64,000 bases of DNA from Takakia lepidozioides (taxonomy: Eukaryota > Plantae > Bryophyta): positions 51,026,001 to 51,090,000 of the forward strand of contig CM060732.1 in the NCBI GenBank assembly GCA_030704615.1. Reading direction: 5' to 3'. The translations under genes were made by a program, and so were the position numbers. Below, in pieces: positions 38,651 to 48,638 of this stretch (position 1 is its first letter; every line of letters starts with the position of its first letter). The notes under the pieces are model-generated. The model saw nothing but the letters and a program-made list of their open reading frames with translations, did not search any database and was not told the origin of the DNA.

Positions 38651-39480
38651 CCGTGGAACTCACTGAAGTCTTGCATTATGAGGATCAAAACTGCTTGACT
38701 TGCACGAGGCCTTGACCCTTAGGCAATCCGCTGCTTTTTTACTTTGTGTTTTTCATTTTGTCCCATAAGCTCTTTGAGCTTTCCGCAGATGTAATAAAGT
38801 ACCATTTTGTTTCATTTCATTCATTTTCATTTCATTTTGTTTCATGGCATGTCTTTCATCGTTTGTGCATTTCTAATGCATGATTAGTTCTCTTGTATGG
38901 CATTACTAGTCGACTCACTACAAACACCAAAACTCCAAAGCATGAATCACTATGAATGATTGTTCAAGTAATTTCGAGCACTTCATGTAAAGTAGTAAAG
39001 CAGTGGTTGCGCCAACTTCCGCAGTCACAATTGTCACTGGGCATGTAGCACTGCAAGTTATGTGGTCTACTACCACGTGGCGCCCCGGGCCCGTGGCCAT
39101 GTGGCAGCAGTGGTGCTCGTCGTGGCGCCGCCACGTCGGCATCCACATCGTCGTCCACGTCCGCGTCCATGTGTCACCGCGCTTCAGTGAGTCAGTCCAC
39201 TCATCCTGAGGGAAAAGTCAAAGTCAGCCCAAAAGGTCAGACACACGAGCGGCCCGCCTGGTTACGCCACGTGGTTCTTCAGCATTAATCGCATTAATTG
39301 CTGAGCAGTTGTTCGCGCGTTTGCGTCCTTTACCACTCCAATCATTGGATGTCCAACCCAACTACCACGTCTGTTGTAACTAGTCGTTTGTAACTTCCAG
39401 ACGATCCCAGTTTTTTGACTTTTACGACTCAAAATGAGTCGTTACCCCAGTGGCAAATGACACGAATGCTTCTAGTGGTC

Positions 39481-40258
39481 TAAACGTAAGGGATCTGAGC
39501 TGCTTGAGCCCCCACCCGAGCATGCAGCTGCGGCAGAGGTTATAAGGGTGTGGGTGCAGGAAAAGCAGCATTGCACTGTGGAGCAATGCAATGTAATTCT
39601 AGGTTGTCTTTGTCCTGAGTTTCAGACCTCTTTGCCTCCACCGCCTACTGCCAAACGCTGGCCGCGCCATCCTTCTCCTCATAACTTTCGATTTCTCAGG
39701 CGGAGGCAAGTGGCTTCTATTCTTGGTTGGAGAGAGGGGAAATACTATGCGATTAGGATGTATATGCCTAAGAAGCCATGCAAGTGGGGCATCAAGGTGT
39801 GGGCGTTGGCTAACTCGGAGACCAGCTATGTGTATGATTTTCAGGTATACTGTGGGAAAAATGCAGGGGGGCCTAATGGTGAGAGGCTGAAAAGTGGGAA
39901 GGGTGAAGGCTAGTATGATGTGGTGTGTGGGCTTGCTAGTGGACTCCATGGTTTGGGGCATGTAATTGTCACTGACAATTACTTCACTTTTGTTCAGCTT
40001 TTAATTGACTTGGCCAAGCTTGGTACATGGGCCACTGGCACAGTTTGTGTGAACAGAAAAGGCCTCCCTCCCTCCTTGCTATCCAAGAAAAAATCTAAGA
40101 CTGCCAAGCAAGGCCAGTCCTGGTACAAGATGCATGTTTTCAGGGAACTTGCGCCCGTGTTGTGCTGGGACAAAAAGGGGGTATTCATGTTGTCATCTGT
40201 AACTAGACCAACATGCAGGCCTTCTTCTCTTATTACCGTGTCATGGTTTTGTTTGTGA
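39481..40258 (+). pseudogene. piggyBac (PGBD-like, DDE_Tnp_1_7) transposase, disrupted
   Basis: MYMPKKPCKWGIKVWALANSETSYVYDFQVYCGK, VIVTDNYFT, WATGTVCVNRKGLP and WDKKGVFMLSS are hallmark piggyBac blocks. In-frame TAG at 39911. The first catalytic Asp block is missing. Confidence 0.92.
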
Positions 40259-40739
40259 TTAGTTAGAAATAGTTATTTCTAACTAATTATGACATTATAC
40301 ATTTATATTTGTATTTTGTTGGCATTTGGACTTCATTTGGTTCCATGGGCCAAGTGAGGTGGCGAATCTCACTTGGGACGTGGAGAGGTTATCTCAACGT
40401 GAGACGTAGGCATGCTCGTCTTCTTCTAGTCGAGCCTTCCGAGGCCTCTCTCGTCGCTATAGCTCTAGTACTTGAGATGGAGAGTGGGTGAGGTCTGTAT
40501 GGTGGAGTCCTTTAGCAAATGTGCCATTGGCATGACTTATATAACGTGATAGAGTGGTCTCTCATCTTTTCACCATTTCCGTATCATTGTGGCGTGGCTT
40601 TCTAGGACTATATGCTAGGAAGTGTGGTTGGACAACAATGTATGTTGTGGCACGATGCTTAGGTGCACGACAACTGTGAGACGCTTTGTGGGACAACAGA
40701 GAGTCTTGGTGCCATCAAGTCAGTGGTCAAGAGAGAGGC

Positions 40740-42159
40740 AAAGAAGATGAAACCATCAGGCTTTTAGCTTTGTTAGGACCAAGTGAAGCATGACCGCATG
40801 AAGATGATGGGTGGTTTGCAGCAGATTTTGCTTTAGTACATCGGATTTACGAAGAGACTACTGACGAACAATATTGGTTGTCTTGTGTCAACTTGCTAAA
40901 AGAGGCTGAAGAGGGGCCATATCTTTGGGGTCATCCAAAAAATGAAAGAATAGTAGTCTTTTCCAAACAAATCCTGTATTCTATACCCTATGCAACCCAC
41001 GGTCCTTAATTGCAGCTTTCAAGAACAAACTTGAGGAGATAACAAATCGTATGGAAAACAATGACAAATTGTTGCTTCTCATCTTTGCACATGGAGAGCA
41101 GGAGGGATCAACAGGGATACTAGTTGGAGAGGAAGTGAATGGTGAACTTGGAATTTTAACAGCTGAGGAGGTAAATACCTTATTGAAACCTCTATCAAGT
41201 CATCAGCCAGTAACATTGATAACATCTGCATGCTATTCGGGAGAATGGCCCATTGAGGGTTCAATTGGGACAAGAGTTGCTGCAACAGGCACTGATGATG
41301 AATCTCTATCATTCCCAGTATCTAACTTTGGAAATTGTAGGGGAGATACTCTTGGGGAGGGTTGTGGTATGAGTTGAGCAGGCTTGGGGTTCCAAGAATT
41401 GGGAAGGAGATCCCTGAGGGGGACAAAATCAGAACCTGGACAGAGAAAGTGAAGCAGCGTTTGCAAGATATGTTTATTTTCCATCCTGTACCTACAATTA
41501 GTGTGCCAAATGAAAGTATTTGGGAGAAGCATGCACGTTATGTTTTGTGCCTTGAGATGGATTCTAATTTGACATCGAGTTGTGAGGTTGTTCCATGTAA
41601 CCCTACCCCAGACTCAGTTAGAGATGTGGATGTACAATTTACAAGGGGTAGTTCAACATTGAGGGCCTTGAACAAGCCTCTTGCAGATGTTTTACCTATT
41701 ATGATGCAATATTTTTCTTCATGCAACCCAGGCTTGCCCACTGCAGCTAGTTGCATCGGGGTTTTTAGGTTGGCAAGGTTGTATGATGAGGGTTCAGCAT
41801 CAAAGGATTTGAAGAAATTGCATTTTCTGTTGAGATACATAATTTTGGAGGACTGGAGAGCTGGAAGGATTCTAAATTTTTTTAGGATCCCAAGATTGTG
41901 CTCTATCTACAACTTTAAGCAGTGGGAGCACAAGTAGAAGGAGATGTCACCATATCTTCGAGCAGTAAATGCAGTGATGCCATTCGATGACCCCCCCAAA
42001 ATGCATCCCCGTACTTACAGATATACAAAGCCTACTGTGTATGTGGGTTGGACTGCCTGGATGGCAAAGGTGGATGTAGAGTGGTTAAAAGCAAACTTGC
42101 TTATATATGTTGGTGGCCGGAAATTAGCTTCAGGTGAAGGAGGGACAAGTGGATGTTGA
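40740..42159 (+). pseudogene. Caspase/legumain-fold (clan CD-like) peptidase homologue, intronless, decayed
   Basis: LLLLIFAHG (His 41090) and VTLITSACYSG (Cys 41231) form a dyad; DGWFAADF lies upstream. Lesions: TGA 40791, frameshifts ~41000 and ~41355, TAG 41935. Confidence 0.75.
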
Positions 42160-43882
42160 CAAGGATGTATGCCGCATATTGACACCACCTATTTGCATGA
42201 GGATTTCAGAATGAAATCTCCAAACTTTTGTCAGGGCTTAGACCGACTCAGTTAGGTTCATGTAAACTTTTGTATCCATAATTGTACGATGGATCCATGA
42301 GGAAATTCATGTTTAGCCCACTTGTGCAGCTGAGGCAGCTAATCACTTTTTTTTGGTATCAAAAAACATGTTGTTCGCCTGGGTTTGATGATCTGTTAAT
42401 TGTGCACGATGGGTTTGTTACCACTTGGCTAACTAACTCCTCTTCAGCTGATGAGTGCACTCCCAACCGCTCCCCTGTGGAGTTGTTAATCTTGTCTGCT
42501 CACCTGGGCTGGTCAGAAATCATGTTGTTCGCGCAATTCATAGTTTCACTATTGTAGGGTTTCCGGCACCTCAAATACATCATGAGGTTCTGTTCCTTGA
42601 TGTTCTGTATGCTTTTTGAACCTCCTGTAAGTGGCTGTTTCACTGTTGCAAAAAGCTGGTAGCAGGAAGTCAAGCATGGGGCAAGGTGAAACGATGGGGG
42701 CAGACATAAAATCTGGTTGGGGGCAGCATAGTACTGTCACAATTCATGATGTCCCAGGATGCTTGGTAATGTCCCAAACATCTTCTACTTCTCGCAATCA
42801 TCATGAGTGAAGTAGGGCTGTGGAGTAGGCTACTGAAAGTCCCGAACCCTCTGTTTTGTGTGACCTGCTCTGCTTTCTTCTGCACCAACTATTTTACAGC
42901 TGGATAACATCACTTGATGTCACCTCGATTTTTTAGCAGCAGTGTTCTTTGAGCATTCAGACGAATTGACAGGAATTGACAGGAATTGACATCACTTGTG
43001 CTGCTGGGGCGTGACACTGCGTTTCTGGTTGCAGGAGCTGCTTTGTCTTCAGTGGCGGGCATGACTGACGGAGTACCTTGTCTCCAGTTATTTCTGTACA
43101 AACTCCTGACCAAGCCTTTTAAGGGTGAGTTAACAGACAGGAACTAGAGAGGGCAAGGCAGACAGCGTGAGGAAGACAGTGCCTAAACAACCCAGGGCCA
43201 GCAATAAGCCCCACATAAAACCCAGTTTTATAGTTTCGCAATTGTTATTGAGTGAGAACATTTTCATTTCACCATAGCTTATTAGGTTAAATGTAGAATA
43301 TGCTATTCTACTTGTGTGACCTTCCTCACATGCTACCCAGCCGCCTCCCTGCTAATAATGAAGTCAGTCAAGTGGTCTCCCAGTCATCAGCAACAATTTT
43401 GATGCAACCTCACCTATGTAAACTAATTGGAGTCTATCGTCTACATTTCAGGCCTGCATACATTGACAGGGCATAAATCTTGTTTCAGTCATCTCATACC
43501 CATGTTCCATTCCTTGAAACAACACATCCTCCAAAAATATGGCTGCCACCACCCTGGTCATTGTGATGGCATGCCCAGCTGCCAAGCCCTCTTCCTCTCT
43601 TTCCCAACAAGCTGGGCCTCTTGCAAGTCATTCCAATAGGGATTGGATGACTCATGATGCATATCCTTGGAAATGAGGTGCGCCGGCATAAATGTTAATG
43701 TGTGAACTGCCTACTTTCGGATATTGAGGGTAGAGTGTACTATGGCCAGATATATGGACAAGTCCAGTGAAGTCACAAGCCAGTGGAGTCTTCTTTCACG
43801 TGACTCTACAGACCTCACTTTGTCAGACTATTTGCAATGCAAGGCATGCATTGACAAGTTACTTTAACCAGTAATATTGCCC

Positions 43883-46800
43883 TCATTTGACACAATTATG
43901 CAGTTCCCCAATACCTTCAATCTTGATACGAATTGTGTCTCCTGGCTTTAGATGGCGTGGTGGACTGAAGCCTGACCCAACCCCTGCCCACATGCGCAAG
44001 TCCTTATTTGTCAGCAAACACATCTTGTTGAACATCAAGAAGACACTCCCTGCAGCACTACTTGAACAACAAATCTACATCTAAAATATTCACATGTTGA
44101 CGTGGCTGAACTGCAATGGCTATTCAAACAGAGGAAGGAAGGTTTCTTGCCATCGTTTGAAACAAGCTGCAAAACACAACTTCCAGTGCCCTTCCACAGA
44201 AACCCACTAGGGGGGAAATAAAAACATTTTCCTGACTAAACGTCACTCTTCAAGGAACAGACACAGATATCTGAATTCGTGTCTTTGCCTATTGGCAATG
44301 ATGATGACCAATATAACTAGTAAACAGTGAAAGCATATCATGTAACTTACCAGAGGGAGTGCCGGTGGCCACAATATCTCCAGGCTGCAGTGTAATACCA
44401 GCAGAAATGGTTTCTATCAACTCCGCAATTGGAAAGATCATTTGAGATGTACATCCATCCTGCAAACAAACAGCGCTCTTTAGTGTATCAAGTGAAGTAC
44501 CAAGCTTCATCCAACAACTTTTACATCCTCTCTGCTGGCAAAGACGAAACTACAGTGAATTAAGGTGCCTCTTCACCAGGGCTACTGCCTCCCATTTGGG
44601 AAGTCGACACCTCTGCTAGGATTACTGAAGAGAACTTAAGTTGCTAGTCCAACCTGGCGCAGCTCGTCATTGATCCAGCATTGGATTGAAACATTCTGGC
44701 CATCAATTTCAGAAGCAGGCACAATCCACGGGCCCATCGGACAGAAGGTGTCACAGCTTTTGCCCAAGAACCACTGCAGCTCAATCATTTCACTGATCAG
44801 CTTGTAAATGATGCAAAATTACCATTGACACATTTTGCCATTATCATAACCTCAAATAAGCCAGTATTTAGCTTGCTACAGGGAACCAGCTCTCAAGGCA
44901 CCTCACCCCTTTATGTGCCCAGATACCATCACCCGTTTCGGGATCTTGCCTTTAAGGAAAATTAATGGAGTCTTTAACAGAATGTCCCCCCTCCCTTACT
45001 AAACCCAAACCCTGATTGTGAGAGAGGTTTAGGTACAGAGTGTTAAGAGAAATGACTTTGACCTACCTGTTGGTGACGCTTTTGCACATCCCTTGCTGTT
45101 ACATCATTGAGAATGGTATACCTGGATCATTCACCTCAGGTTCAGCTTATCACCGGACTTGATCAACATTATGTTGTCCATAAAATTTCCAAAATCGTCA
45201 TGACAAAACTACAACTACTACTTTGTTGGGGTTCACTGTACTAACCCAAAGACATGACCCAAAGCATCTTCCTTCCGTATACCTCGCCCCGGTTTGCCAA
45301 TAATTACTGCTAGCTCTGCAGCACACCAAATGCAGACGGTATCCTTAAAAGTCTCTCTCTAGTAAACACAAGAACAACTGAAAGTCAAAAACTGCTGTGC
45401 TCAACAGGCCATCAACTGCTTCAAGGCAGAATAAAACGGTGCACCAAGGCCAGGCTATCTACCTCAAATCCGATTTTGATAGAAAAGAGCATCTGCATAT
45501 GGTGAACGAGTACGTTGTGGCTAATCCAAACTAAGCCTTTCCTTACTAGGAATCACGACCCTCTTCACGCCTATCTGAAGCAGCACAGCAAGATAACTTC
45601 TAATTGTACTGAGACACTAAAATTCCAAGAAACACCTACACCTGCAGATTTGGGGGCCTTACCTGCTTCATAGTCAACAGACTCCGACCAACCATGTGGA
45701 TATTGGATAGCAGCCCCAGGGCCAACAACAGATTGTGGTGCCTTTGTAAAGACAATAGGGTGCTGCCATGTTCCAAACTTAAGGCATTGGTTCCAAACTC
45801 TAGGTATCACTTGGCATCACTTCGAAGCTAAGAACATTAATTTTGCAACGGAAGACTTGCAACAGCCAACAAAAGCAACAAGAGCCATAGAAAATTGAAA
45901 ACCTTGGGGGCCTCTGGTGCAGTTATGCCAGGGGCACTTTTCCATGTGTCAACTTCCTTGACGTGGTCAAGATAGTTCTTTCCAATGCACATTATTGCTC
46001 CAGAGGGCCTGGGTATCGGAGCCTGCAGCTGAACTTCACTCAATCTTGTTCCTTTCCCCTGAACCTGTATGCTGCCATCATCCATTCAACTGTTCAATAT
46101 AGCGTATTGAATCTTTCTCCTTCCTATCCTGCATATTACACACAGAAAAAAATCTGTTAATCCCTTTCCAAATTGAGTTCATTCATCACTTGAACTGACC
46201 TGCAGAAGCACCCTCTCTGTACCTGCAGAACATATCTTACATTCCCTCTTTATGCTTTATTTAATATACACGAACAACAACATGGAGGAAAATGTACCTA
46301 TCCTTAAGCAAGTCCCAATGTTGGATAACGCCCACCATGTCATTTACTTCAAAGGGTGTGATGCCCACTGGAAACTTCAACACATCCTGCAAACACCTGT
46401 TCCTCTATGTTGAGTCCACATCACATTACCAATTTAAACCTGCTGACCTCTCCTCAAGTGCCTCAGAAACCCCAATAACAATGACTACGATGTGCGCTTA
46501 GTTCTTCCAAACAGTATTCCGGGGCATTTTTCCAGGCCAAATCAGTATTTCACTCTTTCGAGAAGAAGGGATGAGGTTTGCAGAGACTTACCAAAAAGCA
46601 TCTCCACAAACAATACCCACAACGTTTTCTCCTTTCTCTCTCCGAATTGTAGCCAGCTTCAAGATATGATCTGCATCATGATGTACATAAACCAAAATGA
46701 AGTTCTCAGTATAGACATTATGAAGCAAAGTCCTGGGAAACCTGGTAGAATATCAAAGACATGGAATGAATACAATAGAGCCTTTGAAACCAACTGCTTC

Positions 46801-47309
46801 ATAGAATGACCATTTTATGTCACCTCCCTCTGAAGATGGGAATTGCAGGAAGGAAAACGACTGGATGTCATGTTCATAATGAGAGACCTAATCTGGTTTG
46901 GTGAATCAAATGCGAGTACATTGCAACAGGGCACTAAATATAGACACCTGTACACTTTAAACGAGCAAACAGAGAGCACCCGTATTTCAACAAAATTCCT
47001 CATGCTTGTGGAGCACGGCGTGTGTCCGCTGCTTGTAATAGGCTACTGAAAAGTCAGGTCCCTAGAAAATTGCTGAGAGGGTACACAGATTTTATGAGTA
47101 AGCTTGTAGACACCAGTACCACCCGACGTGCCAGGAAATGAAGCGGCGATAGCAGCAGTGACAAGTAGTTTTCTTCTTGGCAAGCCGGAAACCATTTGAT
47201 GCAGACGCAAATTTTGGTAATCAAACTCATGCGAAGTGCCGAGCCCACTATTCATAGCGCTTGCGAGCAATGTCGGCCGTGCACAGCTAAATAGTTTCGA
47301 GATAGCCAT
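43883..47309 (-). CDS. Fumarylacetoacetate hydrolase (FAH) family protein with probable transit peptide
   Basis: Exons (minus): 46670-46592, 46396-46298, 46071-45903, 45762-45663, 45315-45246, 45121-45067, 44773-44654, 44459-44351, 43983-43883, all GT-AG and phase-compatible. Motifs [44 protein letters not shown]. The 5' exon from ATG 47309 has an uncertain donor. Confidence 0.88.
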
Positions 47310-48638
47310 TAACTGGCTTTAGGCCAAGATTATGACATGAAAATATGTTGATTGAACAATGAAGAATGTGCAAGCTGACAAACTTTCTGATATATCGAAG
47401 CGAAAATCCAGGACCCTGGAACAAAGACGCAACGCTGCGATTTCAACTAGCCCGCCTATGGAGCTTGCAATACAAATATAACGTGCTTCAATGTAGGGTG
47501 ATCCTTGTCACTCAGAAGGTAAAATCTCTAAACAACACAAACTCTCTTTCTCTCTCTACGCACTTCATTGCACCTCGTTTTTCCTGCAAAAAATTAAACT
47601 CTCTTTCTCTTCATGAACCTACTTGTCACCACAGTGAAGAAATATCCAAACACACTTTATCGCTTTTGAGTCAAAGCGATTGCCGGAAACTTAAATCCCC
47701 ACTTACAAACACACTTAGTACAAAAGAGTCCAAAGCTTGCTTAATTCTCTCATGGAATTCTGATATCCACGCATCAGAACCACAAACAATAGAGGTCAGA
47801 AGATGACCTTGACACTCCGCCTGGGCAGCTTGAGGCCCGCAACAATCCCTCGCACCGTCTGCCATCATCCACGCTCTGCCGCGCAACAGACAAACACACT
47901 GCACTCCACCAGCGCTCTTCTGGCCCTTCCACACTGTTCCCTTACGCAGGGTTCTTTCCTTTTTCTAGGGACGGTCTAGATCTTCTAGATTATTTACCGA
48001 TCCCACGTAGGAGAGGGTAGCCTCACGCCATTTTTGCCTGCTGGAAAATACTTTCATAGCGGAAATAGTTGGAGTCATCTTTATTACAACTGCTATCGTT
48101 TGTGATAACCAGGGTGCAGTGGTCATAAACATGACTTCAATAGTAACATAGAGTTCTGCATGGAACAAGAACATCTTCCTGTATTGATGCATAGGTGGTT
48201 CATTTGAATACACCTGATGAGAAGCCAACCAAGAAACAACAATACTGAAAAGAATGAATCAAATACAAATGAAACTGTAGTTTCTTTGCGAACTGTGCGT
48301 CTCTTTAGCAATGTTTTCAGCTCAATTTGGTGGGATTGGAGGCTCCTCAAGCACTAGCCTCCATCTCAACAGCAAACAATGCATGAATTAGTGCGCACAA
48401 GCAACATAGGAGCCCTGCTGAGCTCTAAAATTCCTAGCAAGGTTTTGAGAACAACAAAGACCTGTAGGGCAAATATCTTCAGTTCAAGGTGTCCACAAAC
48501 CATGACATGACACTTGAGGATGATTAAGCTCATTTTCTTTCACCTTAGATCCTAATTTACAAACTGAAAGACAATTATAACACTTTCATCGCTCATTTTT
48601 TGATTGGGTGCAATTGTTTTCATGCATAGTTGCGAGTT

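Larger units (their letters stand above)
33080..39477. mobile_element. Non-autonomous CACTA (En/Spm) element carrying host gene fragments (Pack-CACTA)
   Basis: Perfect 19-bp TIR CACTAGAAGCATTCGTGTC. 3-bp TSD GTC at 33077-33079 and 39478-39480. Subterminal GTCGT(A/T)AC repeats. No transposase recognised inside. Confidence 0.93.
32244..40258 (+). mobile_element. piggyBac element B, interrupted by a CACTA insertion; right boundary undetermined
   Basis: TTAA-CCCCTCAAGGACGAG at 32244, then a GC-rich promoter-like region and an acceptor GGCAG before ATG 33072. The transposase resumes at 39481. Confidence 0.75.

Noticed and set aside
43110-43133. Right end of piggyBac element B
   Set aside because: CCTTTTAAGGGTGAGTTAA does not match the expected CTCGTCCTTGAGGGG-TTAA, so inclusion of the protease gene in the element remains unproven.
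46072-46130. In-frame TGA in an apparent FAH exon (readthrough or pseudogene?)
   Set aside because: A phase-compatible acceptor at 46072-46073 places the TGA inside the intron, leaving the frame intact.
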